Shown: positions 1 to 9,034 of the stretch, piece by piece | Layout: every line of letters begins with the position of its first letter | How positions within the stretch are numbered: the first letter of the stretch is position 1 | From: a virus | Lineage: Duplodnaviria > Heunggongvirae > Uroviricota > Caudoviricetes | Direction: 5' to 3' (one strand) | DNA: 28,862 nt | IMG/VR virus record: IMGVR_UViG_3300009515_000001 | Program-made: the position numbers and the translations under genes | The notes under the pieces: model-generated | Databases searched by the model: none | Seen by the model: only the letters and a program-made list of their open reading frames with translations | What the model was told of the DNA's origin: nothing

Positions 1-74
1 GTGAAGAAGATGCTTTGAAAGTTTTACATAAAGAAGGCTTAGTGATAAGACGAATAGTGGAGGATAAAGAATGA
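1..74 (+). CDS. 3' end of a truncated hypothetical gene (...EEDALKVLHKEGLVIRRIVEDKE*)
   Basis: Open frame from base 3 to TGA 72-74; the stop overlaps the ATG at 71 (ATGA coupling). Confidence 0.6.
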   Translation, partial: EEDALKVLHKEGLVIRRIVEDKE

Positions 75-211
75 GAACTGAAAAAGAAGTTTTAGAACAG
101 ATTAAGCATTTTGAAAAAATTATTGCAAAAACTGAAAACAAACTATCTAGAGAATACATGAAGTTAGTGGCAAGAAAACAGGCTTTGGAATGGGTGATTG
201 ATGTTGAATGA
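71..211 (+). CDS. 46-aa helical hypothetical protein, not in ORF track (MRTEKEVLEQIKHFEK...EWVIDVE)
   Basis: Translated by hand; ATGA overlap with the upstream stop; codon style matches neighbours. Confidence 0.7.
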   Translation: MRTEKEVLEQIKHFEKIIAKTENKLSREYMKLVARKQALEWVIDVE

Positions 212-241
212 TGAAACATCTTTCGGAGTTGCAAAAGAAAA

Positions 242-778
242 ATGAGGATTGATGATTATAGAAACAGGCCAAAATATTGCCAGTGTTCAATGTGTTTTCA
301 GTATTACTCATTCAATGAATATCTAAACCTGGAATCAGAATGGATAGATCCAAAGAACAAAAAAAGATATGGTAAACAGGCAATATGCAAGTGTGGTGCC
401 AGGTTTCATAGAGATTTATGGCATATTGAAACATTAAAAGACCAATATCTTATATCAACAGTTCATTTGGTTATTGGTCATACGTCTGTAACAGATTGGA
501 GTGACATTAACACCGATTACTTTTATGAAACGATGATTTTCAAACTGAAAAACAGAACAAATGATGGGGATAGAAAGGCATTAGACTTTCAAATGAGATA
601 CAAAACAAAGGAAGAAGCAATCAAAGGTCACAAGGATACCGTTGACAGACTTGAAAACATTTTGTTAGATCCAACAAAATACCCAATGGCAATAATCCCA
701 ATGTTTTGTAATGCTTTTGAAGCTGCAAACGATCAAAGAAAAACAATACAATCAGATGTAAAGGAGAGATTGAAATGA
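242..778 (+). CDS. Hypothetical protein with N-terminal Cys-rich (Zn-binding) region and a C-terminal motif common in viral hypothetical proteins
   Basis: CQCSMC and CKCG motifs. ISTVHL..GH...FYETMIF...RYKTKEEAIKGH resembles a widespread phage family of unknown function (recognised from memory). Confidence 0.75.
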   Translation: MRIDDYRNRPKYCQCSMCFQYYSFNEYLNLESEWIDPKNKKRYGKQAICKCGARFHRDLWHIETLKDQYLISTVHLVIGHTSVTDWSDINTDYFYETMIFKLKNRTNDGDRKALDFQMRYKTKEEAIKGHKDTVDRLENILLDPTKYPMAIIPMFCNAFEAANDQRKTIQSDVKERLK

Positions 779-918
779 ATCCGTATGCAATAATTAAACA
801 AATGAAAAAAGCAAGTATCAAAAAAGATCAGGAGATTAAAGAATTAAAAAAAGAGTTAAAGGAATTAGATAAAGAAAACGACTGGCTAAGATCTAGGGTA
901 AAGAGGTTGTTAAAATGA
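775..918 (+). CDS. 47-aa coiled-coil microprotein, not in ORF track (MNPYAIIKQMKK...RVKRLLK)
   Basis: ATGA overlaps at both ends (775-778 and 915-918); heptad pattern IKELKKELKELDKENDWLRSRV. Confidence 0.75.
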   Translation: MNPYAIIKQMKKASIKKDQEIKELKKELKELDKENDWLRSRVKRLLK

Positions 919-1112
919 AAATGGTAGAAATAACAGGCGCACCAGCACACAAATACAACTACTACCAAGTGGATGGGTTTGAAATTAGAATGGGAAAGTT
1001 CCATGATCCAAATGCACACTTTAACGGTGACAAGTGGGAAATAAGAATACATCACAGAAACGCCCAAGTAATTGAGGCATTACTTGAAAAACTAAAGGAT
1101 GATTTAAAATGA
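915..1112 (+). CDS. Hypothetical protein
   Basis: ORF track; ATGA-coupled on both sides. Confidence 0.75.
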   Translation: MKMVEITGAPAHKYNYYQVDGFEIRMGKFHDPNAHFNGDKWEIRIHHRNAQVIEALLEKLKDDLK

Positions 1113-1219
1113 GTATTACAGTTGATATAAACAAATATTGTTCAAAATGTAGTGACGTAAGATCTCATAAGAGATTTGTATTAGGTTTCAAGTGTATGGA
1201 GTGTGGACATTATAGCTAA
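1109..1219 (+). CDS. 36-aa zinc-ribbon microprotein, not in ORF track (MSITVDINKYCSKCSDVRSHKRFVLGFKCMECGHYS)
   Basis: Two CxxC knuckles; ATGA overlap with the upstream stop. Confidence 0.8.
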   Translation: MSITVDINKYCSKCSDVRSHKRFVLGFKCMECGHYS

Positions 1220-1469
1220 AGAATGGGTAAACAAGTCCGAGATGGAGAAAACAGTAAAGAAACTTGACAAAAAGGTGGCTGAAACTAAAAGTGCTGTTGA
1301 TGATTTAATCAAGAGGGGTTATCTAAGAAAATTTTGGAGTAAAAAAAAGAAGAGCTGGATGTTTCAAACAACTCAAAAAGGAAAAAAATGGATGAAATCA
1401 CAAAACGTTAACATCAACGACATACCAGAAAAGTTTCCTATAAAAATAGAAGGAGAAAAAAATGGCTAA
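1203..1469 (+). CDS. Probable winged-helix-type DNA-binding protein (start uncertain, possibly ATG 1242)
   Basis: VDDLIKRGYL...WMFQTTQKGKKWM fits the recognition helix-wing-(T-x-KG) end of MarR/PadR-like winged helices. Confidence 0.5.
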   Translation: MDIIAKEWVNKSEMEKTVKKLDKKVAETKSAVDDLIKRGYLRKFWSKKKKSWMFQTTQKGKKWMKSQNVNINDIPEKFPIKIEGEKNG

Positions 1470-2058
1470 AGAATGGAAGATCAAATCAGAAAGAAGAGAT
1501 CCTGATTCAGGGATGAGGTGTAAAATCTGCAAGGGAAAGCCCACACGCTGGTACAAGCTAATGAGTACAACTGTTTACCGTTGTGAAGATCACAAAACAA
1601 TGATTGCCAGTCCAGTTTATGATCAGGGAAAGATCTCATCAAGGGGAGAACTAATTGGCATGGAAGTTAATCCAACCTTTGAATCAGGAGTAACCAAAGT
1701 CAAAGATTACATGCAAAAAAGCGGTAATATTCCAAATGTAAAGCTCTTAGAAGAGGAAACATTAGGTTGTAGCCAAGATCATTCATGGATTGAAAGAGAT
1801 GATCCAGACTTTGAACAAAAGGTAAAAGAATTTTCAGATAAACATCTAAGAAAAAAACACCCAATATTATTTTCAACAATGACATACTATGATAAAAAAG
1901 GCGAACATAACTTACTAATTGAGAATCCAGAAGAGTATTTCCTTTGTAAAATAAGCAAAGAACAGGTATCTGATAACTTCCCAAAGGCAATACCAACAGA
2001 ACTGGTAGGAACTGAATTTTCAGCAAAGGATCTAGTAAAGGAGAATCGTTGGACTTGA
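1462..2058 (+). CDS. Hypothetical protein with N-terminal zinc finger
   Basis: CKIC...YRCEDH (C3H-type ligand set). Confidence 0.7.
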   Translation: MAKEWKIKSERRDPDSGMRCKICKGKPTRWYKLMSTTVYRCEDHKTMIASPVYDQGKISSRGELIGMEVNPTFESGVTKVKDYMQKSGNIPNVKLLEEETLGCSQDHSWIERDDPDFEQKVKEFSDKHLRKKHPILFSTMTYYDKKGEHNLLIENPEEYFLCKISKEQVSDNFPKAIPTELVGTEFSAKDLVKENRWT

Positions 2059-2441
2059 GTGAGAAAAGAACTTTAATATTAGTACATGAAAAAGAACGTA
2101 GAAGAAAGATGAAGCAGAAGGCCAATATGAAATCCTGGTATAATAGAAATCGTGAAAAACAAAGACTGAATATGTCAAAATGGTATCAAAATAATAAGAA
2201 TTGGTATAAAAAATACAGAAAAAACAATCCAGAACAGATCAAAGAAACCTTTGACACGTATAGAAAGACAAAGAAGGGAAAAGAAGCGATCAAAAGATAC
2301 GAGCAAAGTCCAAAGCGTTTAGCTAAGAGAGCATTTTGGGAATTTAAGAAACGGTTACAGCAAAAAGTTGATCGTGGTGAAATATCAAAGTCAACAATGT
2401 ATAAGAAAATCAAAGAAAGACTAAAGGAGAAACCACTATGA
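2049..2441 (+). CDS. Highly basic helical protein, possibly nucleic-acid binding
   Basis: K/R-rich with recurring WY/KY units (KSWYNRNREKQR, SKWYQNNKNWYKKYRKNN); no nuclease motif seen. Confidence 0.7.
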   Translation: MDLSEKRTLILVHEKERRRKMKQKANMKSWYNRNREKQRLNMSKWYQNNKNWYKKYRKNNPEQIKETFDTYRKTKKGKEAIKRYEQSPKRLAKRAFWEFKKRLQQKVDRGEISKSTMYKKIKERLKEKPL

Positions 2442-2638
2442 GCTTAACATTTGGAGAAAAAATTGAAATTAACTACCAAAAGGATCAGATTATCCTAGTT
2501 ATTGAAAATAAAAACAGATACTGGAACAACATAGTAACACTGGCACTTAGAAAGATAGCTGATATTGCAGGAAAGAAAGAGGCAAACAAAACAATAAAGG
2601 AGTTAGGATTGGAAAAATTGGGGTTTAAACCACAATGA
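2438..2638 (+). CDS. Hypothetical protein
   Basis: ORF track; ATGA-coupled on both sides. Confidence 0.75.
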   Translation: MSLTFGEKIEINYQKDQIILVIENKNRYWNNIVTLALRKIADIAGKKEANKTIKELGLEKLGFKPQ

Positions 2639-2796
2639 TTCTATTTAATACACCAAATTTTTATTTTGCTTTCAACTGGAATCCAAAAGTAAAACGTGAA
2701 AAATTTGCACAGAATTATCGTGGGGATGACTTTAGGTTAATTGATTTTTGGAAGTTTAGAATATTAATTACTGAACTAAGGAGAATAGAGGCATGA
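2635..2796 (+). CDS. 53-aa hypothetical protein, not in ORF track (MILFNTPNFYFAFNWNPK...LRRIEA)
   Basis: Fills the gap exactly, with ATGA overlaps at 2635-2638 and 2793-2796. Confidence 0.75.
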   Translation: MILFNTPNFYFAFNWNPKVKREKFAQNYRGDDFRLIDFWKFRILITELRRIEA

Positions 2797-2987
2797 AAAA
2801 AATAGAAGATATGACAGCAGATGAGATAGTAAAAAATAACATTCACCCAACTGATCCCAAAGATCGAATAATAGCAACTCGTAAAGTTTGCAAATCAGGA
2901 ATAGAATCAATCAATAGATTACTAGAAAAATGGGAAGAGGAAGAAAAACAAAGCAAGAGGAAAAGGTTTTGGGAGTTTTGGAAATGA
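2793..2987 (+). CDS. Hypothetical protein
   Basis: ORF track; ATGA-coupled. Confidence 0.75.
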   Translation: MKKIEDMTADEIVKNNIHPTDPKDRIIATRKVCKSGIESINRLLEKWEEEEKQSKRKRFWEFWK

Positions 2988-3163
2988 ATCTGCCAATAAC
3001 ATTAGAACAAGCAAACGTATGTCCTGGTTGTTATGAACGAGATATAATTAATTGGAAGAAACACTTCATGGATAAACACCCAAACGAAGTAGCATATCAT
3101 TTCAATTTACAGATATGGGCAGTCATAAAATCATTAGATAATTTAGGGAAGTACACGCCATGA
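2984..3163 (+). CDS. 59-aa probable C2H2-type zinc-binding protein (start corrected from 2930 to ATG 2984)
   Basis: ATGA overlap at 2984-2987; CPGC...WKKHFMDKH. Confidence 0.7.
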   Translation: MNLPITLEQANVCPGCYERDIINWKKHFMDKHPNEVAYHFNLQIWAVIKSLDNLGKYTP

Positions 3164-3372
3164 AAAAATGTTTTTACTGCAAGGAATCATTGGATCAGGA
3201 TAACACCTGTATAAATAAAAATTGTAGATGGTTTGGTAGGACACTTTACACAAGAAAAGAACTTGAAGAAATAATGGAAAAAGAAGGAGATCCAGTAAAA
3301 ATGGATGACGAATTATTCAATAATATACAGAAAAAAATGGAGTTGAGTAAAATTGGAAAGAAGTGGGAATAG
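3160..3372 (+). CDS. Zinc-finger microprotein
   Basis: CFYC...CINKNC; ATGA-coupled. Confidence 0.75.
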   Translation: MKKCFYCKESLDQDNTCINKNCRWFGRTLYTRKELEEIMEKEGDPVKMDDELFNNIQKKMELSKIGKKWE

Positions 3373-3396
3373 AGTATCAACAAAGTGCAACAACTG

Positions 3397-3404
3397 TTTA
3401 TATA
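3397..3404 (+). promoter_or_regulatory. Archaeal TATA box for a leaderless gene at 3426
   Basis: TTTATATA at -29 to -22 from ATG 3426. Confidence 0.6.
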
Positions 3405-3425
3405 TTAGTACATGGTGTATATAGT

Positions 3426-4265
3426 ATGGTAAAAAGAAAGACCAATAAAAGAAAATCAAAGAAAAGAAAGAAATCATCTACACCTAAGAGAACCAGACTA
3501 GATGTGTTAAAGGAACAGTTAAACAATTTGGCTTTACGTAATTCAGAATCATGGAATACAATTATGGCTAACAGCGGAATAGATAAAGAAAGATTAGTAG
3601 TTTTTATCAAAAATAATGGATATGAAGGATTAAAAAAATTACCAAACATCAGAATAGCACAACCAATATTAGATCAAATGATTAAAAATTTCAGAATTTA
3701 TGATAAAATGGAAAATCTAATCCATAGAATGGAAGCGGCACAAAATAGATTATTCTCAAAACAGTTAGAAGATGAAACATTAAAACTAGAAGCACAGGTA
3801 GCTGAATTAGAAAAGGAAGAATCATTCTATACAACACAGCCAGATGAAAAAGGCTTTGTTGAATTAAAACAAAAATGGTATGCAGAAATGGAATTTTGGG
3901 AACAAAGACTTGCAGAAGCTGAAATCCTGGTAGCTGAAAATCCAGAAAGTGAGAAAGCTATTGCGGCATTAGAAGAAGCTAAACGAGAAATCTCAATGTT
4001 AAAAAAGAAAAAGAACTGGAAAAGAATGAAGAATATTCAGCCAAACATAGCAAAGTGGTCACAAAAGATCAGTAAAGGAATTAACACAGTACAAGATTCA
4101 ATTTCAGAAGTAACACAACCATTTAGAGAAATGGGAGAAATGTCAGGGTATGATACAAAGAAAAAGGACACAACTGATTATGAAAAAATGTTCAGTCCTG
4201 AAAGTGTATTTGATACAAAATCAAGCAAAAAGAAAAAGGAAGTTGATTTCTTTGGGGGATTTTAA
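3426..4265 (+). CDS. Coiled-coil protein with basic N-terminal tail (start corrected from 3363 to ATG 3426)
   Basis: MVKRKTNKRKSKKRKK start behind a TATA box; long E/K/L/A-rich heptad region. Confidence 0.75.
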   Translation: MVKRKTNKRKSKKRKKSSTPKRTRLDVLKEQLNNLALRNSESWNTIMANSGIDKERLVVFIKNNGYEGLKKLPNIRIAQPILDQMIKNFRIYDKMENLIHRMEAAQNRLFSKQLEDETLKLEAQVAELEKEESFYTTQPDEKGFVELKQKWYAEMEFWEQRLAEAEILVAENPESEKAIAALEEAKREISMLKKKKNWKRMKNIQPNIAKWSQKISKGINTVQDSISEVTQPFREMGEMSGYDTKKKDTTDYEKMFSPESVFDTKSSKKKKEVDFFGGF

Positions 4266-4610
4266 TTGGTAAACAAATACATGTATAAAAGCGGTAGAAC
4301 AGCAGAAGGTCAAAAATTAGATATTTTACTTTCAATTGCAAACGAAATAGCTGAAAGTAACAGATTGTTAAGGCTAGATCTAGAAATGAAATACAAGGGA
4401 TATGCAAGAGAAAGACTTTACAAAGTTTATTCAGATGGCAAAGGTGGAAAAATAAGAATCCCACCAGAAGAAAAAGATAAGGAAGAATACAAGTTAGAGA
4501 TGGAAGCAATCATCAAAGAGTTTTCCGATCACGCAGTTGAGGAAGAATCTGTTGAAAATATAATTAAAAAATTAGACAAACCTGACGACCAAACGGAGGA
4601 GAAAACTTAG
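4266..4610 (+). CDS. Hypothetical protein (TTG start)
   Basis: ORF track; abuts the upstream stop. Confidence 0.7.
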   Translation: MVNKYMYKSGRTAEGQKLDILLSIANEIAESNRLLRLDLEMKYKGYARERLYKVYSDGKGGKIRIPPEEKDKEEYKLEMEAIIKEFSDHAVEEESVENIIKKLDKPDDQTEEKT

Positions 4611-4705
4611 TGGGAGAAACAACCTGTTTTTACTGTGGGCAGAAAATGTATGTCCATGAATATATGGATCATATTGAAGTTTGTAGTGCGAGGAATGAAA
4701 CATAA
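4610..4705 (+). CDS. 31-aa C2HC zinc-finger microprotein, not in ORF track (MGETTCFYCGQKMYVHEYMDHIEVCSARNET)
   Basis: GTG start overlaps the upstream TAG; CxxC...HxxxC; its TAA overlaps the next ATG (TAATG). Confidence 0.7.
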   Translation: MGETTCFYCGQKMYVHEYMDHIEVCSARNET

Positions 4706-4869
4706 TGGCTGAACCAATGGTAGTATTTCTTCAAATTGTATTCGGATTGTTAGTGTTTGCATTGGTAGGTATTGTTTGGTTTACAATTTACCAGTTCACG
4801 AAACCTAGCTTACAGAAATTTAACAAGGGTTGGCTTCATAAAAAGAAAACTGGGGCGAAAACATTATGA
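4705..4869 (+). CDS. 54-aa single-pass membrane microprotein, not in ORF track (MAEPMVVFLQIVFGLLVFALVGIVWFTIYQF...)
   Basis: Hydrophobic helix followed by a basic tail; TAATG and ATGA overlaps at its two ends. Confidence 0.75.
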   Translation: MAEPMVVFLQIVFGLLVFALVGIVWFTIYQFTKPSLQKFNKGWLHKKKTGAKTL

Positions 4870-7800
4870 AAAAAAAGAAAGATAAGAAGGTAGAAAAGAT
4901 TACTAAGGATATTAGATCTGGAAATGTTAAATCACAAAAGTGTGATGGTTGCCAGCAGAAATTTATCTTTCTAAGTCCTTCCGATTCAGGAAGAGATCTT
5001 TGTTTTAATTGTTTTTCCAATCAAGAAAGCACATTTGAAGCCATGAAAATGTCATCAAAGATGGGTGAATACCAAACTGAACTTTGGACCAATGCTTTAC
5101 CAGACAACTATGAAGAGATTGTAAAGAACAGGGCAATCAACAGGGAATTAATTTTTTCCGATATAAACAAAGGTGATTCAAGATTAATAATAGATCATAT
5201 ATTAGATAAAATAAAAGAAGGAATTGGAAGAAAGTTTCAATCAGGTAACAACTTAACTGAAAAAGATTATGATGATGTTTATGAAAATTGTATGAAAATT
5301 TGGGATGAGTATCCAGACATTCCACCAGGAATAAGAACAAAAATGATGAATATTATCAAAGAAGAATTTAATTTCTACAAGGAAGCACATAACACACATC
5401 TTAAAGGAGAACAAAAAGAAAGAGAGAGATTACTAAACGTTCTGAAGGATAAGATCAAGCCAGAATTTTACAAAAAAATAGAAAAGATAATGGAGATGTG
5501 GATCGAAGATAGGAAAGAACCACTATCAGAAATTGCTGATGAGCAGATATTATCTGTAGCTGATGGTGCCATTCACAATGTAGAAAAACATAAGGAAATG
5601 CCAAATGGTTACTGTAAAATCTGTGATGAGTATTATAATAGCGGTTCAATCAAAACAAAACTTTCAGTAGCACTAGAAATTATAGATGAATCAATCAGTT
5701 TGTTTTCAAGAAAAAGAAAGCAGTTTTACGAATCACAAAAAAAGGAAGGAATAGACGAAGCCCAAACCCAAGAAGATTATCAGAATGAAGTATCAAAATA
5801 CTCTATTGATCTAAAGAAAAACTTTCAAAACACAAGTCAAGAAAAAGTAGATGAGTTCATACAAAAACTGAAAGACGAAAACAACAGGATCAAAGAAGAT
5901 TACAGAAAGGAACGAGAAAGAAAAAAACAGGAAATAACAATGAAATCTTGGAACGAAGCAAGATCATACATAAGAAAACAAAACCTATTCACACAGACTG
6001 ATTTTGAGAACTTTTCCAAGTCAGGTGATTTTCCAGAAGATATGCACCCAACACCAAACTTGTTTTACAAAGAATGGAAACAACTCAAAAGTAAAACACT
6101 TTCAGAACAGTATAAGGAATTTCTAGGTTTTGAAGGAAGAACATACAACTTTAGAAAAGATCCAAAGGCATACAAAAGACAAACTACAAAACAAATATTC
6201 CAAGAACTTCAAGAAAGATTCGATCATTATTGCAGTTTAACTCCAGGATTTTTGGTAACACAGTTCAAAAATGCAGGGTTGTTCCACCATAGAGATCCTG
6301 GTATTCGTGCATTTGTTAGACAGTTTATTGAAACTGAAAAGACACCAGAAGGAAAAAAAGAACTATACGAAGCACTATCAAGAACAATTTTCAACTTACA
6401 GGTAGGTCATTTCCCAAAAGGTGAAGTGGATCTAACACCACTATCTGAAAAAGAAAAAACATATCTAGACAGAAAGCAATCTCCAGTAAAAAAAGTATCG
6501 CCATTACTAGAAAAAATTCAGATATTTTCAGTTAAAAATATTATTCAAAACGCAAGAGAGGTTATTCCAATTACAAAAGATACAAGGCTTTGGAATCTTC
6601 ATGTAGAGATCATAAAGAATATGATCTTCAAACAATTATTTGATCCAAAAAGAGAATTAACTGAAATTGAACACATGATTCAAGAAAAGAAAAACGGTAA
6701 TCCGTTCCATGATGAAGTCATGTCTAGGTTTTGGGATGAGTACAATGGATTAAAATCAATAAAATTCTGGAAGAATGATTACAGTTTCAAGGTTGCAGGA
6801 CAGTTAAAAATGCCAACACTAAACCAGCTTTATACAGCCTTCAAGATGAGAAAGATTAATGGGTTCTGTAATTTTTCAGATCCAGGAACTGGAAAAACTA
6901 ACGCTGCATACTTGGCTACTAGAAATCCAGAAATAAGAAGAGTGCTAATAATTGCACCATTTAACATAACAAAACAATGGGTATCAGCGTTGGAAAATAT
7001 CTATCCTCACTCATTCATATCAATAGGAAAAGAACCATTCAAGAATTGGGCAAAAGGCGATTATGACAAATATTACCATGTAATCAACTATGAAAAATTT
7101 GCAAGAGATCGTGGTAAATTGGTAAACGAATTAGCAAATTTCGATATTGATTTTGTAATAATTGACGAATCACATCACACCAAAGTAAGAAATGAATCAT
7201 CAATTTCCCATACAAGAATCAATATTGAAAAACTTCTTGACAGGTTAAGAAGCCAGAACAGAAAGCTCAAATGCCTAATGCTATCTGCAACGCCAGTTAT
7301 AAACAACGTACAAGAGGGAAAATCACTCTTAGAAATGGTGACAGGAACAAAATATCCAGACCTAAAAACAGTAAACAATCTAGGAAATGCAACTGAACTT
7401 CATTCAGAATTTATCCCATATTCAATAAGATATGAGAAAACATACGAGGATATAGATCAGCAAGGTAAAGACAAACCAATTAAAGTGAGTGCAACCATTC
7501 CAGAATTTCTAAAACCAGAAGAGAAAAGAAAGCTATCATGGATGGAGTTAGAACAGATATGCACAAAGGCAAGAATACCAGAAATAGTAAAAAAACTAAA
7601 AAAGAAAACGATCATCTACACAGATTATGTCGGTGGCAATCCTAAACTTGGTTTACCAATATTAAAGCAACTGAAAAATGCTGTTGAGAATGAGGGATTT
7701 TCAGTTGGATTCTTTACTGGTGAAGAGATAGAACCAGGTGTTGGTGGCAAGGGCGGTCTAGAAGATTGGTCCAATTGTAAAATAATTGATGGGAAAAAGA

Positions 7801-8225
7801 TACCATTCAATCCATTTGTAAATGGTAACTTGGAAGTTTTAATCGCTTCAAGTTCTATTGCAGAAGGCATTGATGAATTGCAGTATGTTTGTAACAATAT
7901 TATTTTCAACGGTTTGGTTTGGACATTTGCTGACTTTAAACAAATAATTGGCAGGTTAGTAAGACAAGGACAGAAAAGCAATACAGTACTAATAAGTTTA
8001 ATTCTTGCAACATTAAACAGCTATGAATATGATGAAAAGATCAAACTAAACAGGTTAGAGTTAAAGAAAATACTTGGTAATTGTGTATTAGATGGAACAC
8101 TTCCTGACCTAGCAAAGCTACCAAACACAAAAAAAGAGTATAGTAAAATGATGAAAACAATTCTAAATGAAAACGAATCAATAATCAAAGTTCCAATAAA
8201 GGAGAAACAGGATGAAAGAACATAG
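4866..8225 (+). CDS. Large SF2 helicase/ATPase (SNF2-like) with N-terminal zinc finger and an integrase-repeat-like unit
   Basis: Walker A SDPGTGKT, motif Ia IIAP, Walker B IIDESH, motif III SATP, motif V SSSIAEGID, motif VI QIIGRLVRQGQ. N-terminal CDGC..CFNC. SWNEARSYIRKQNL...FPEDMHPTPNLFYKEWK unit. Confidence 0.9.
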   Translation: MKKKKDKKVEKITKDIRSGNVKSQKCDGCQQKFIFLSPSDSGRDLCFNCFSNQESTFEAMKMSSKMGEYQTELWTNALPDNYEEIVKNRAINRELIFSDINKGDSRLIIDHILDKIKEGIGRKFQSGNNLTEKDYDDVYENCMKIWDEYPDIPPGIRTKMMNIIKEEFNFYKEAHNTHLKGEQKERERLLNVLKDKIKPEFYKKIEKIMEMWIEDRKEPLSEIADEQILSVADGAIHNVEKHKEMPNGYCKICDEYYNSGSIKTKLSVALEIIDESISLFSRKRKQFYESQKKEGIDEAQTQEDYQNEVSKYSIDLKKNFQNTSQEKVDEFIQKLKDENNRIKEDYRKERERKKQEITMKSWNEARSYIRKQNLFTQTDFENFSKSGDFPEDMHPTPNLFYKEWKQLKSKTLSEQYKEFLGFEGRTYNFRKDPKAYKRQTTKQIFQELQERFDHYCSLTPGFLVTQFKNAGLFHHRDPGIRAFVRQFIETEKTPEGKKELYEALSRTIFNLQVGHFPKGEVDLTPLSEKEKTYLDRKQSPVKKVSPLLEKIQIFSVKNIIQNAREVIPITKDTRLWNLHVEIIKNMIFKQLFDPKRELTEIEHMIQEKKNGNPFHDEVMSRFWDEYNGLKSIKFWKNDYSFKVAGQLKMPTLNQLYTAFKMRKINGFCNFSDPGTGKTNAAYLATRNPEIRRVLIIAPFNITKQWVSALENIYPHSFISIGKEPFKNWAKGDYDKYYHVINYEKFARDRGKLVNELANFDIDFVIIDESHHTKVRNESSISHTRINIEKLLDRLRSQNRKLKCLMLSATPVINNVQEGKSLLEMVTGTKYPDLKTVNNLGNATELHSEFIPYSIRYEKTYEDIDQQGKDKPIKVSATIPEFLKPEEKRKLSWMELEQICTKARIPEIVKKLKKKTIIYTDYVGGNPKLGLPILKQLKNAVENEGFSVGFFTGEEIEPGVGGKGGLEDWSNCKIIDGKKIPFNPFVNGNLEVLIASSSIAEGIDELQYVCNNIIFNGLVWTFADFKQIIGRLVRQGQKSNTVLISLILATLNSYEYDEKIKLNRLELKKILGNCVLDGTLPDLAKLPNTKKEYSKMMKTILNENESIIKVPIKEKQDERT

Positions 8226-8802
8226 AAAGGGAGCTTGCCCAAGCTGTGGTAGGGATCACTCAAAACAACCTACTTTGCAAAAATCTGGAATGAGTAAAAA
8301 AGACCATAGGGATTACATTACTGAATTATGTGAAGAACTTTATCAAGTAGGAATTATAATTAAAGACAAATCGGATATTAAATATTCAGAACTAGATGGA
8401 AAGCCTGAACCAGCTATCACGTTAAGTGAAAAATTTGTAAAAAAACTCGAAGAGCATTATAAAATTCAGGAGCAAATTGAGTATTCTGACAAGTTAAGAG
8501 GTGTAGATAGTAAAACTGACTATCAAGGAATGGATAGGGATTCGTATATCATTGGAATAACAATTCAGGATTTATGCAAGATCCCAACACCAGATTGCCA
8601 GAAATGTAAAAATATAATTGCTAGATATAGGGGAGAAAAAAACGCCACCCAAATCTACATAGAACATCTCAAAAAGGAACACCATGAAATTTACAAAATG
8701 AAAGAAAAACTGAATCATCATATCTATGAATGGATAATTCTAATCAAGGACATGGTTGAATTAAACAACAAGAAGGCAAGGGAGTGGCGATCTAATTGCT
8801 AA
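8212..8802 (+). CDS. Hypothetical protein with Cys/His zinc-binding motifs
   Basis: CPSCGRDH at the N-terminus; CQKC...EHLKKEH. Confidence 0.75.
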   Translation: MKEHRKGACPSCGRDHSKQPTLQKSGMSKKDHRDYITELCEELYQVGIIIKDKSDIKYSELDGKPEPAITLSEKFVKKLEEHYKIQEQIEYSDKLRGVDSKTDYQGMDRDSYIIGITIQDLCKIPTPDCQKCKNIIARYRGEKNATQIYIEHLKKEHHEIYKMKEKLNHHIYEWIILIKDMVELNNKKAREWRSNC

Positions 8803-8810
8803 CCAATATG

Positions 8811-8818
8811 TTTATAAC
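8811..8818 (+). promoter_or_regulatory. TATA box for the gene at 8842
   Basis: TTTATAAC at -31 to -24 from ATG 8842. Confidence 0.55.
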
Positions 8819-8841
8819 ATTTAATATGCCCAATCTTCACG

Positions 8842-9024
8842 ATGGAAGAAGAGGATGGCAAGGACAAGATAGAACACAGCGAGTTTACACCACCACCACA
8901 AAACGACAAAGAAGAGAAAAAACCATTCGGTTTGTTAAAAAACAGGTGGGCAAAGATTACATTAATCGGAATGGCTGGCCTGTTAGCTGTAATCTGGTAT
9001 GTATCAGTTTGGGCAAAGCCATAG
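8842..9024 (+). CDS. Small tail-anchored membrane protein
   Basis: Acidic N-terminus and C-terminal TM (ITLIGMAGLLAVIWYVSVW); TATA box at the expected distance. Confidence 0.7.
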   Translation: MEEEDGKDKIEHSEFTPPPQNDKEEKKPFGLLKNRWAKITLIGMAGLLAVIWYVSVWAKP

Positions 9025-9034
9025 GAGTAAACCA

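Noticed and set aside
2049-2441. Homing endonuclease suggested by the basic WY/KY repeats
   Set aside because: No HNH, GIY-YIG or LAGLIDADG motif follows.
4230-4265. C-terminal KKKEVDFF as a PCNA-interacting PIP box
   Set aside because: It lacks the Q and the hydrophobic residue at position 4 of QxxhxxFF.
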